Shown: positions 9,586-18,892 of the stretch, piece after piece | Position numbering within the stretch: the first letter of the stretch is position 1 | How the letters are laid out: every line of letters begins with the position of its first letter | Notes under the pieces: model-generated | The model's database searches: none | Told to the model about the DNA's origin: nothing | Seen by the model: only the letters and a program-made list of their open reading frames with translations | Position numbers and translations under genes: made by a program | Assembly (NCBI GenBank): GCA_043797125.1 | Contig: JAZDPX010000023.1 | Location: 3,098-67,097 of the forward strand | Direction: 5' to 3' | Length of the DNA stretch: 64,000 bases | DNA from: Candidatus Omnitrophota bacterium | Lineage (GTDB): Bacteria; Omnitrophota; Gorgyraeia; JABMRG01; JAFGKX01

Positions 9586-10590
9586 ATGATTATTAGCAGA
9601 ACACCTTTTCGCATATCATTTTTTGGAGGAGGAACAGATTATCCTGCCTGGTATGAAGAAAATGGCGGCATGGTGCTGGCAACCACCATAAACAAATATT
9701 GTTATATCTCATGCAGATATCTGCCTCCCTTTTTTGAATATAAATCAAGAATCCTCTATTCTCAGACAGAGAATATTAACCGCATTTCTGAAATTCGGCA
9801 CCCGTCTGTAAGGGAATGCTTACGATTTATGAAAATTAAAAAAGGGGTGGAGATTCATCAAGACGGAGATTTACCTGCCCGCACCGGCCTTGGTTCAAGC
9901 TCCTCTTTTACCGTCGGGCTGCTCCATACGCTATATGCCCTTAAAGGTATTATGCCCACAAAGAGACAGCTGGCGCTCGACGCCTTTCATCTTGAGCAGC
10001 ATGTGCTGAAGGAGAACGTAGGTTCTCAGGATCAGGTTTTGGCTGCCTTCGGCGGATTTAATCTGATAGAGTTTGGGGGGCCGCAACATTTTCATGTCCG
10101 GCCCGTTACCGTCTCGCCTCACAGATTAGTTTTGCTCCAGAAGCACCTGATGCTTTTTTTTACCGGTTTTACACGGAAGGCCTCTGAGATTGCCGCAGAG
10201 CAGATTAAAAACATGCCGCGAAAAAAGAAAGAATTAAAAGCGATGCTTCAATTGTTAGAGAGAGCCTTGAAAGTTTTAAACAGCGATACCGATATCGCCA
10301 AATTCGGAAAAATTTTGCATGAGAACTGGCAAATCAAGCGCCGCCTATCAGCAAAAATATCCACTCCGGCCATAGATGAGATTTACTCTACTGCTTTGCG
10401 CGCAGGCGCTTTAGGCGGAAAGCTATTAGGCGCCGGAGGCGGCGGTTTTATGTTGCTCTTTGCAGAGCCGGATGCCCAGCCTAAAATAAGGAAAAAACTA
10501 AAGGATATTCTGTATGTGCCTTTTCGGTTTGAGAACTTAGGCACCCAAATTATTTTTAACACTCCATATGAGCTTTTGGGAGAGGCTTAA
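9586..10590 (+). CDS. GHMP-family sugar kinase (D-glycero-D-manno-heptose 7-phosphate kinase HddA/WcbL-like)
   Basis: N-terminal RTPFRISFFGGGTD, GHMP motif II PARTGLGSSSS and C-terminal GAGGGGF. This resembles the heptose kinases of GDP-heptose pathways. Confidence 0.6.
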   Translation: MIISRTPFRISFFGGGTDYPAWYEENGGMVLATTINKYCYISCRYLPPFFEYKSRILYSQTENINRISEIRHPSVRECLRFMKIKKGVEIHQDGDLPARTGLGSSSSFTVGLLHTLYALKGIMPTKRQLALDAFHLEQHVLKENVGSQDQVLAAFGGFNLIEFGGPQHFHVRPVTVSPHRLVLLQKHLMLFFTGFTRKASEIAAEQIKNMPRKKKELKAMLQLLERALKVLNSDTDIAKFGKILHENWQIKRRLSAKISTPAIDEIYSTALRAGALGGKLLGAGGGGFMLLFAEPDAQPKIRKKLKDILYVPFRFENLGTQIIFNTPYELLGEA

Positions 10591-11784
10591 ATGAAGATTC
10601 CGTTTGGGACAGTATCCATTACTAATAAATCAAAGGAGTTAATAAAAAAAATCCTTGATTCAAAAAGGGTTTCCAGCGGTAAATATGTAAGAGAATTTGA
10701 AGAGAAATTCGCCGGATTAATCGGAGCAAAAGAGGCGGTGGCTTTAAGTAGCGGGACCGATGCGGACGCCCTTGCCTTAGCCGTGCTTTATGATTTCGGC
10801 GCTAAACGCGCAGATGAAGTTATTGTTCCTGCGTTGTCCTTTGTCTCTACGGGGAACGCCGTTTTACAGGCTGGGTTTAAGCCCGTCTTTGTGGATGTTG
10901 ACAAAAACACCTTGAATATTGATCCGGAGAAAATTAAAAATGCAATTACGGAAAAAACAAGAGCGATAATGCCAGTTCATCTTATGGGTAAGCCGGCAGA
11001 GATGGATTCAATTAACAAAATAGCCAAACAGTGCAATTTATATGTAATTGAGGATGCCGCAGAAGCGCACGGCGCCGTTTATAAAAATAAAAATGCCGGA
11101 ACTCTCGGAGATATGGGGGCGTTCAGTTTGTATGTCGCCCATATTATCACGACGGTAGAAGGCGGAATTGTTACAACTGACAAAAAAGATTTTGCAGAAA
11201 TTTTAAGATCGCTCCGGTCTCACGGAAGGGCCTGTAAATGCAGGGTATGCGTGCTGAATACGGCTTCCAGCTACTGCCCCGAAAGATTTAGGTATAAGGA
11301 AAACGTTGACACGAGGTTTATTTTCGAAAGAATCGGCTATTCTGCTAAAATGAATGAATTAGAAGCAGCCGTCGGGCTTGGCAATATCGAAATATATCAA
11401 AGCATCCTTAAAAAGCGAAGGGAAAATCTTAAGTATTTAATGGAGAGATTCAAAAAATTTAGGCCTTATCTTGCAAGCGCGGAAGAAGAACAATATGAAA
11501 CAATCGGTCCCCACGCATTTTACGTTATCCTTCAGGAAAGAGTTAAGTTCAGCAGAGACGAATTTGCAAGTTTTTTAGAAAAACGCGGCATTGATACAAG
11601 GACATTATTTTCATCCATACCAACACAATGCGCCGGTTTTAAGTTCTTAGGGTATCGTCTGGGCGATTTTCCAAATGCAGAGTATATAGGAAACAACGGG
11701 CTTCACATCGGAGTGCATCAGGATTTGGGAAAAAAAGAACTCGATTATTTTATTAAGGCCGTGGAGGATTTCTTAAAAGAGTGA
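10591..11784 (+). CDS. DegT/DnrJ/EryC1-family PLP/PMP enzyme, probably an NDP-4-keto-6-deoxy-sugar 3-dehydrase (E1/ColD-like) rather than an aminotransferase
   Basis: DegT fold (VIVPALSFVSTGNAV). In the SFxxxK-NIT-EGG active-site block the Schiff-base Lys is replaced by His (SLYVAHIITTVEGG). There is a Cys-rich insertion CKCRVCVLNTASSYC. Confidence 0.55.
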   Translation: MKIPFGTVSITNKSKELIKKILDSKRVSSGKYVREFEEKFAGLIGAKEAVALSSGTDADALALAVLYDFGAKRADEVIVPALSFVSTGNAVLQAGFKPVFVDVDKNTLNIDPEKIKNAITEKTRAIMPVHLMGKPAEMDSINKIAKQCNLYVIEDAAEAHGAVYKNKNAGTLGDMGAFSLYVAHIITTVEGGIVTTDKKDFAEILRSLRSHGRACKCRVCVLNTASSYCPERFRYKENVDTRFIFERIGYSAKMNELEAAVGLGNIEIYQSILKKRRENLKYLMERFKKFRPYLASAEEEQYETIGPHAFYVILQERVKFSRDEFASFLEKRGIDTRTLFSSIPTQCAGFKFLGYRLGDFPNAEYIGNNGLHIGVHQDLGKKELDYFIKAVEDFLKE

Positions 11785-12974
11785 AGATACTACATATTAC
11801 AGATAATTATGCGCCTGCCGGCGGCGCCGAATATTATATCTACAGTGTTTGCAACGAATTAGAGAAGCGCGGCCACACAAATATAATTATCTATAGCAAT
11901 AAGCAGGATACGACATGGCAGGATGCCGGTCGGCAGGCTTTTTTAATGGAAGGGATAGCCAATTTTAATTCTTCGCAAAATATTATTTCTAAAGCGCTAT
12001 CTGTAGTAAAAAGGGAGAATCCCGATATTATATATTTGCATATTATTAACAATGTTTTGCTAACGAAAGAATTAATAAGATTAAAACCCACGATTCAATA
12101 TATCCATAATCATAATCTATATTGTCCATCCGCAATTATGTCAAACAGGTTTTTTAGATGCCCTGGAAAATTTGGTTTTTTGTGCTTTATTTTCTGTTTG
12201 CTATGCAATTGCAGAGGCTGTAAGTCGCCCAATGCATTAAGACGGTTTAGAATTGTAAAGGCAAACCTTGACAATTCTAAAAGCTTAAATGCGCTTATAG
12301 TCGCAAGTGGATATATGAAGCAAAGATTAATAAACAACGGAATAAACGCGGATAAAATTTTTGTAATACCGTACTTTACCTATCCCAAGAAAGCTTATGA
12401 GCCTACTGCTACGGGAAATATGCCGATTATACTTTTTGCCGGCAGGGTCTGCAAATTTAAAGGTTTGGATTATTTAATAAAAGCGTTGGCGTGTATAAAG
12501 CAGCCTTATAGGCTGATAATAGCCGGGGATGGATATTATATGAATCATATAAGAAAATTAGCAGAAAAGCTAAGGGTGTATAATAACATTGAATTTCTAG
12601 GATGGTTAAACCGCGAAGAGCTAGAAAATGTTTATAGGAGAGCGACTATAATCGTCGTGCCATCCGTATGGCCGGAGCCTTTTGGAATTGTCGGCATCGA
12701 AGCTATGAGCTACGCGAAACCTGTAGTTGCATTTGACACGGGTGGGGTAAGAGAATGGCTTAGAGACGGAGAAAATGGGTTTTTAGTGCCGGCAAAAAAT
12801 GTGCATTTATTATCCGAAAAAATAACAGAAATTATAGAAAATAAAACGTTAGCTGAAAAATTGGGGGAAAAAGGCAAGATGATTAGCGAAGAGAAATTTT
12901 CACCGCAAAAGCATCTTAACTTGCTGGAAAATATATTTCTAAATTTATCCATGTCAGAAAAACATGGGCTATAA
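11781..12974 (+). CDS. family 4 (GT-B) glycosyltransferase
   Basis: C-terminal EPFGIVGIEAMSYAKPVVAFDTGG motif of the GT4/GT1 family. A Cys-rich segment CFIFCLLCNCRGC lies in the N-domain. Confidence 0.7.
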   Translation: MKILHITDNYAPAGGAEYYIYSVCNELEKRGHTNIIIYSNKQDTTWQDAGRQAFLMEGIANFNSSQNIISKALSVVKRENPDIIYLHIINNVLLTKELIRLKPTIQYIHNHNLYCPSAIMSNRFFRCPGKFGFLCFIFCLLCNCRGCKSPNALRRFRIVKANLDNSKSLNALIVASGYMKQRLINNGINADKIFVIPYFTYPKKAYEPTATGNMPIILFAGRVCKFKGLDYLIKALACIKQPYRLIIAGDGYYMNHIRKLAEKLRVYNNIEFLGWLNREELENVYRRATIIVVPSVWPEPFGIVGIEAMSYAKPVVAFDTGGVREWLRDGENGFLVPAKNVHLLSEKITEIIENKTLAEKLGEKGKMISEEKFSPQKHLNLLENIFLNLSMSEKHGL

Positions 12975-14025
12975 TCCATTGGTTTCGGTAATTATTTTAA
13001 ACTACAACGGCATAAAAGATACTATAGAATGCCTAGATTCTTTAATACATACTGCCTATAGCAATTATGAGATAATTGTGGTTGATAACGCCTCTTCCGA
13101 TAATTCGTCGAAAATATTAAAAGCAAGAGACGATATAAAACTCATAGAGTCTGATAAAAATTATGGTTTTGCCGAAGGCAACAACATAGGCGTAAGACAT
13201 GCGAAGGGTGAGCTTATTTGTTTTTTAAACAACGACGTTGTGGTTGACAAAAACTGGCTTAACGAGTTGGTGCAAACCATGCAGAATATAAGCATTGGTG
13301 AAACATACTCCTCCTTTTTTGATTATTCGGAAAGGCTTGACAGGCAGGCCAATATGCAAAAGGTTAAGCATATGCGCAGCGGCACTTATACGCTTTTGGG
13401 GCGCCGAATATTGTATAATTTTTTTCAAAATTATACTAAAACAAGCATAGATGCCAGCGCATGCTGTTGTATCTACAGAAAAGATATTGTAGATGAGCCG
13501 TTTGATAGGGATTACTTTCTATATTTTGAGGATGTATACTTAGCGTGGAGAATTAGGCTTAAAGGGCATAATATAGTAAGATCGCCATATTCGCTTATTT
13601 ATCATAAGGGCACACAGACAACCGGAAAAGGAAAGGGCATAACAACATTTTACCAGGAAAAAAACAGGATTATGAATTTGCTAATTTTTTACAACCGAAG
13701 CACCATATTTAGATTAATCCCGCTTCTTGTATTTGATGGCATTGAAAATGTATTTATTGTATTGGGGTGCATTTTTATAAGGACAGAACGCGTTTTAAAT
13801 TTATTAAAAGCCCAAATATGGATACTTTTAAATTTAGGAAAAATATTAAGGAAGAGAAGACGTATCCAGGCTGAGAGAAGAGTTAATGATTCCGAAATTA
13901 TTTCGTTGCTGAGCTATAAATGGGATGATAAAAAAGGTATTTATGCACACATACTAAATAATTTCTTTTGCGCATATTGTAAAGCGGCAGGATTAAAAAC
14001 GTACGATATTATTGATAAAGGATAG
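12964..14025 (+). CDS. family 2 glycosyltransferase
   Basis: SVIILNYNG...VVDNASSDNS and CFLNNDVVV (GT2 DxD region). Confidence 0.7.
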   Translation: MGYNPLVSVIILNYNGIKDTIECLDSLIHTAYSNYEIIVVDNASSDNSSKILKARDDIKLIESDKNYGFAEGNNIGVRHAKGELICFLNNDVVVDKNWLNELVQTMQNISIGETYSSFFDYSERLDRQANMQKVKHMRSGTYTLLGRRILYNFFQNYTKTSIDASACCCIYRKDIVDEPFDRDYFLYFEDVYLAWRIRLKGHNIVRSPYSLIYHKGTQTTGKGKGITTFYQEKNRIMNLLIFYNRSTIFRLIPLLVFDGIENVFIVLGCIFIRTERVLNLLKAQIWILLNLGKILRKRRRIQAERRVNDSEIISLLSYKWDDKKGIYAHILNNFFCAYCKAAGLKTYDIIDKG

Positions 14026-14356
14026 TAGCATACAGAATAATGCCGATAATAAATTAGAAGATACAGCCTGTCTGCTTTGTAAAAGCAAGGATTTTTCGGT
14101 TTTGCACAGAGTATCGAATGCGGAGTTTTTGGAATCCAACGAGTTTCAAATTGTAATATGTAAAAACTGCCGTTTTATTTATTTAAATCCGAGGATCAAA
14201 TTTGAACCATGTCCGAGAACAGAGCTTCCTGCAGCTAAAATTTTATTGCTTAATGGACTTAAACTGATTATGGCAGTATTGAGTTGCGGTGAGATGGTAT
14301 TAGGCTGCGGTGGCAGTATTACCGTAGTGGCAGAGAAATTAAAAAGGCGCAGATAA
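14012..14356 (+). CDS. hypothetical small protein with two CxxC pairs (possible zinc-ribbon; possible remnant of a methyltransferase N-terminus)
   Basis: CLLCKSKDF...CKNCRFIYLNP resembles the Zn-ribbon preceding some sugar C-/O-methyltransferases, but no methyltransferase domain follows. Confidence 0.25.
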   Translation: MIKDSSIQNNADNKLEDTACLLCKSKDFSVLHRVSNAEFLESNEFQIVICKNCRFIYLNPRIKFEPCPRTELPAAKILLLNGLKLIMAVLSCGEMVLGCGGSITVVAEKLKRRR

Positions 14357-14357
14357 C

Positions 14358-15971
14358 GTGGAAACTGCTCGAGATTTTAAAAATTCATTTTTTTATTTAA
14401 CATTGGCAGTCGTGTTATTCTGTATATTCTGGGTTTATAGCTCTACGCTAAGCAAAAATTGGTCGGAAGATGCTATAGCCAATGTTTGTTTAGTAGAAAA
14501 TGCTAAAAATGCCCTTTCGCCCTCATTATACCATCCTCATCATATGTTTTATCATGTTTCGGGATTTTTGTTCAGCCGCTTTGTGCAAATATTTTTACCT
14601 CAGGTTTTAACAATCACCTGTTTGCAGATATTCAATAGTATTTTAGCAGTTTTTACAATAGCCGTATTTTTTATAGGATTAAGGATGCTGGATATAGACA
14701 GGTTTATATCTTTATGCGTGTCAGCAGGTCTGGCGTATACTTATACAATGTGGTATTGTGCAACCAGCATAGAAGCAAGAATGAGTCCACTTGCATTTTT
14801 GCTTTTATGCTTTATTTTCATTATTAAGATTGAAAAGGTGAAGTTTACTTATATTCTGGTTGTTGCTATGGGTCTTTGTCATGCACTATCTATACTTTTA
14901 CACCAATTAAGCACCCTTTTTGCAGCTGTAAGCATTGCCGGTTTTTTTATCTTTCTTAAAGGCAAAGGACGTTATAAATGCCTATTGTTATATATCGCCT
15001 CTACAGGGTTTTTTACCGTAACTACATATGCCTTAATAGCACGGTACATATTGGGCGTAAAAGGCATAAAAGGATTTCTTTTGTTCGTTACTAGCTATAT
15101 GCATCTTGGAACGTGGGGTTTTGACTTTTTTGAAACCCTAAATATTCCAAGGGCAGCATATGGTTTTCTTAATGCTCAGCTTTATCTGCCGCTAAGAACG
15201 TTAAAAGAGTTCCTTAAGAGCAGTTTTTCCTTAATGGGGCTTGCCAACACGATAGCTTTTATAGCAGTGGTTTCAATGTTGGTTTTGCCGCTTCTAAGTT
15301 TCAGAAAAACAACCAATGCGATAAATAAACAGCGTATAATATTTATTGGATGGATTTGGATTATCTTTTATCTGGTTTTGTACGTTACGACTGAGGCGCC
15401 ACAGGCACAATATGTAATAGTAAATTATCCGTTCATGGTTATTCCCTCGTGGATTATGATAGCTGTTTGCGCAGATAATTTTTCCAGCATGATTAATAAA
15501 AGGCTCGTATATTTAATTGCAATCATGGTGCCGCTATATATATTTTTCTGGAATTATTCTTTTATAATTACGGAATCTACCGATATAAATAATAATTTAA
15601 AATTTAAAAACGCTGTTTTCTGGCAACGTAATAGCAGCCCAAAAACCGTTTTTCTTTCAATGGATTGGGAGCCGTATATTGAATATTTTGCCAAAAGGCG
15701 CGTTGTGTCAATTGCAAAGTATTTTCCTGATTCCGAAGAAGACCTTGAAGAGGCCAATGCCCAGCTTTATCATTTACTTGATGCAGAGCTTGAAAACGGC
15801 AATGATATTATTATGCTGGATTTGGATACTGCCGAACACGCCCAGGAATATATGAGCAAGCTGAGCAAGACATATACGTTTTATAATATTAAGATTTTTT
15901 TTTCGCGTTATGAGCTACAGCCCCTTTCCACTGAATTTGGGCTTGCTTATAAAATAAAAGCCAAATCATGA
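14358..15971 (+). CDS. polytopic integral membrane protein with C-terminal soluble domain (GT-C-like glycosyltransferase/polymerase candidate), paralog A
   Basis: More than 10 predicted TM helices followed by a ~130-aa hydrophilic tail. Shares SKNWSEDAI, YHPHH, WYCATS(I)E and LLHQ blocks with the next gene. Confidence 0.5.
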   Translation: METARDFKNSFFYLTLAVVLFCIFWVYSSTLSKNWSEDAIANVCLVENAKNALSPSLYHPHHMFYHVSGFLFSRFVQIFLPQVLTITCLQIFNSILAVFTIAVFFIGLRMLDIDRFISLCVSAGLAYTYTMWYCATSIEARMSPLAFLLLCFIFIIKIEKVKFTYILVVAMGLCHALSILLHQLSTLFAAVSIAGFFIFLKGKGRYKCLLLYIASTGFFTVTTYALIARYILGVKGIKGFLLFVTSYMHLGTWGFDFFETLNIPRAAYGFLNAQLYLPLRTLKEFLKSSFSLMGLANTIAFIAVVSMLVLPLLSFRKTTNAINKQRIIFIGWIWIIFYLVLYVTTEAPQAQYVIVNYPFMVIPSWIMIAVCADNFSSMINKRLVYLIAIMVPLYIFFWNYSFIITESTDINNNLKFKNAVFWQRNSSPKTVFLSMDWEPYIEYFAKRRVVSIAKYFPDSEEDLEEANAQLYHLLDAELENGNDIIMLDLDTAEHAQEYMSKLSKTYTFYNIKIFFSRYELQPLSTEFGLAYKIKAKS

Positions 15972-17596
15972 AAACTGTTTCTGTAGTTAAAGATAATTAC
16001 AGGGGTTTGAGATTTTCTTATACAATAGGCATATTTATTTTTTTATATGCTTTGGTTCTATATATTTTTACCTTAACTAAAAACTGGTCCGATGATGCCA
16101 TATCGTATGCGTATATGACAAAGTTAGCAGATAATATTTTTTCAGCTGCGCTTTATCATCCCCACCATTTACTATATAGTGCTGTAGGTTTTATCGCATA
16201 TAAAACAATAACTGTTTTCTTGCACTGCACCAATGTACTTTTTATTCTTCAAACACTCAACAGTATTCTTGCAGCATCGACGCTGGTAGCATTTTTTGTA
16301 TTGCTACGCTCTGTAGGAATAAATAATTTTTTATCATTTTTGTTTTGTATAGGGCTTTCTTTTACACACACCTTTTGGTTCTGTGCCACAGATGTTGAGC
16401 CGCAGATGGCGCCTTTAACGTTTTATATATTGGCAATTATACTTTTGGTTAAGATAGACAAGACGCGCTTTGCATATTTATATTCGTTTATTATCGGATT
16501 GTTTTGTGCTATGACTGTACTTTTGCATCAAAGCAGCGCACTTTTTTGCCTCAGCATATTAATCGGATTTTTTCTTTTTCTTCAATCGCGCAAGAGATAC
16601 ATATGTGTGGTTTTATACCTGATGTCCGCTACCATAATAACAACCTCTGTTTATTTGGCTGTGGCAATACATATATACGGCATAAAAAAAATAGAAGAAT
16701 TTATACATTTTGTGACATATTATCATTACATAAACATTGCAGGCTTACGTTTTTTTACCCCAGCCAATTTCATTAGAGGGATTTATACATTGTTTAAAAT
16801 AATGCTTTATATGCCGCTTACTTCTATAAGAGGGTTTTTAGAAAGCCCATTTTCTTTTTATGGCCTATTGAATATAACCGTTATTTTATTAACCGGTTTT
16901 GTTTATGTTGTTTCTTTTGCTTCCCTGTTTAAGGAGCAGTTACCTTCTATGCAAAAAAATCTAAAGATAATTTCTATATCTTGGTTCAGCATATATCTAA
17001 TTTATATAAATATTAATGAAGCCCCCTATTTTATTGAACAATACCTTAATGTGCTTCTTCCGCTCTGGATTATCTTTGCGATTTTATCAAACAGTTTATA
17101 CTTGCGGGTGAATAGTAAAAAGATATTTTACGCAACCATGGCAACTTTTATATTGTTTTTATTTTTATGGAATTACTTTATTTTTGCCAGAGCTTCTGCT
17201 GACATTAGGAATAATACAAGGTATAAAAATGCTGTTATGTGGAAAGGGAAAAGTTTACCTGGAGATATTTTTCTTACTTTTAGCTGGAATCCGTATTTTG
17301 AATATTTTGCGCAAAGAAAAGTTATAAAAATTGGAAACTACTTTCCCAATAGGGCAGAATATTTTAAGGCCTATAATCTTAGGCTCAAGAGGCGGATAGA
17401 TAAGGAACTTAAGAAAGGCAGCAATATTTATTTATTGGGACTAGATGTTGTTTTAGAAAGTCAGCATGTGCAGGATTATTTACGTAAGGTTAGTAAGACA
17501 TGTACTGTTGCCAATATTGAAAACTTTTTTTCGCGGTATAATCTAAATCCGATTGAGACGGAGTTCGGCATGGTTTACAAGATAGAAACAAGATAA
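15968..17596 (+). CDS. polytopic integral membrane protein, paralog B of 14358..15971
   Basis: Same architecture and conserved blocks (TKNWSDDAI, YHPHHLLY, FWFCATDVE, LLHQSSALF). ATGA overlap with paralog A. Confidence 0.5.
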   Translation: MKTVSVVKDNYRGLRFSYTIGIFIFLYALVLYIFTLTKNWSDDAISYAYMTKLADNIFSAALYHPHHLLYSAVGFIAYKTITVFLHCTNVLFILQTLNSILAASTLVAFFVLLRSVGINNFLSFLFCIGLSFTHTFWFCATDVEPQMAPLTFYILAIILLVKIDKTRFAYLYSFIIGLFCAMTVLLHQSSALFCLSILIGFFLFLQSRKRYICVVLYLMSATIITTSVYLAVAIHIYGIKKIEEFIHFVTYYHYINIAGLRFFTPANFIRGIYTLFKIMLYMPLTSIRGFLESPFSFYGLLNITVILLTGFVYVVSFASLFKEQLPSMQKNLKIISISWFSIYLIYININEAPYFIEQYLNVLLPLWIIFAILSNSLYLRVNSKKIFYATMATFILFLFLWNYFIFARASADIRNNTRYKNAVMWKGKSLPGDIFLTFSWNPYFEYFAQRKVIKIGNYFPNRAEYFKAYNLRLKRRIDKELKKGSNIYLLGLDVVLESQHVQDYLRKVSKTCTVANIENFFSRYNLNPIETEFGMVYKIETR

Positions 17597-17605
17597 CCAT
17601 AAAAT

Positions 17606-18877
17606 ATGAAAAAAGACATTTCTGTAATTATACCTGCTATAAACGAAGAAGGAAATATTGGCAGTGTTATAAATAGGGCCAAATTAGTTATTGAAAAATT
17701 AGGAGCAAGTTATGAAATTATTATTGTCGACGGCGGTTCAACCGACAACACCGTATTAGAGGCATATGCTCATGGCGTACGTGTATTAAAGCAGAGAGAA
17801 AAGGGGTTTGGGGCAGCAATAAAGCAGGGTGTATTTGTTTCAGCCGGAGACTTTATAGTGACTATGGATGCGGACTTGTCCCATGAGCCGGATTATATAT
17901 ATGATATGTGGGTTAACAGGGAAAAGGCGGATATGATAATAGCCTCCCGTTATGTACGCGGGGGCAGCGCTGATATGCCATGGTTTAGATATATATTAAG
18001 CGCGGTACTTAACAAAACCTTTTGCGCAGTTCTCTCATTGCCTTTTAAGGATATATCAAGCGGCTTTAGAATGTATAAAGCCGATGTTTTTAAAAATATG
18101 GAGTTTACAGCTTCAGGTTTTAATATATTAGAGGAAGTTATTATAAAATTTTATTTAGAAGCGTTTGAAATTTTAGAAGTCCCTTTTCACTACAAGCCGC
18201 GTAAAAAGGGGCGTAGCCACGTGCATTTTTTGAAATTCAGTTTCTCGTTTGCCAAAACGCTGTTTTCTATGTGGCAGTTAAGAAATTCAGTCCTTTCAGC
18301 AGATTATGACTCACGGGCATATGATAGTAAAATTCCGCTGCAAAGATATTGGCAACGCAAACGTTTCTCTATAATTAAAAATTTCATAGGCAACGCAGAG
18401 AACGACATTTTAGATATAGGTTGCGGCTCAAGCAGGCTTATTAAGAGCTTGCCGAATGCCGTCGGGCTTGATATAAAACTGAAGGTTTTAAGGCATTTGA
18501 GGAAAACCAACGCAAGGTTAGTGCAGTGCACCATAGAAAAGCTTTGTTTTAAGAGAGGCTGTTTTGACCAAGTCGTAATTTCGGAAGTGATAGAGCATAT
18601 ACCAAAGCCTTATTTTAAATTAAGCGATTTGAAAGAGATGTTGAGCGAGAACGGCATCATTATATTAGGGACCCCGGATTACTCAAGTCGTATCTGGCGC
18701 ATAATCGAGTATTTTTATATCAAATTGCTGCCTCGCGGCTACGGCAGTGAGCATATGAGCCGTTATACTTTTTCGGAACTCATAAATATGCTTGAGCGGG
18801 AAGGGTTTGATATAATTGAATATAAATATATATGCGCTAGCGAACTAATTATCAAGGCAAAAATAACAAAACGTTGA
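17606..18877 (+). CDS. bifunctional GT2 glycosyltransferase (DPM1-like) / class I SAM-dependent methyltransferase fusion
   Basis: N-terminal SVIIPAINEEGNIGSV...IIVDGGSTDNT (GT2). C-terminal ILDIGCGSSRL (SAM motif I) and a downstream methyltransferase fold. Confidence 0.6.
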   Translation: MKKDISVIIPAINEEGNIGSVINRAKLVIEKLGASYEIIIVDGGSTDNTVLEAYAHGVRVLKQREKGFGAAIKQGVFVSAGDFIVTMDADLSHEPDYIYDMWVNREKADMIIASRYVRGGSADMPWFRYILSAVLNKTFCAVLSLPFKDISSGFRMYKADVFKNMEFTASGFNILEEVIIKFYLEAFEILEVPFHYKPRKKGRSHVHFLKFSFSFAKTLFSMWQLRNSVLSADYDSRAYDSKIPLQRYWQRKRFSIIKNFIGNAENDILDIGCGSSRLIKSLPNAVGLDIKLKVLRHLRKTNARLVQCTIEKLCFKRGCFDQVVISEVIEHIPKPYFKLSDLKEMLSENGIIILGTPDYSSRIWRIIEYFYIKLLPRGYGSEHMSRYTFSELINMLEREGFDIIEYKYICASELIIKAKITKR

Positions 18878-18892
18878 TGGCGGAATAACACT

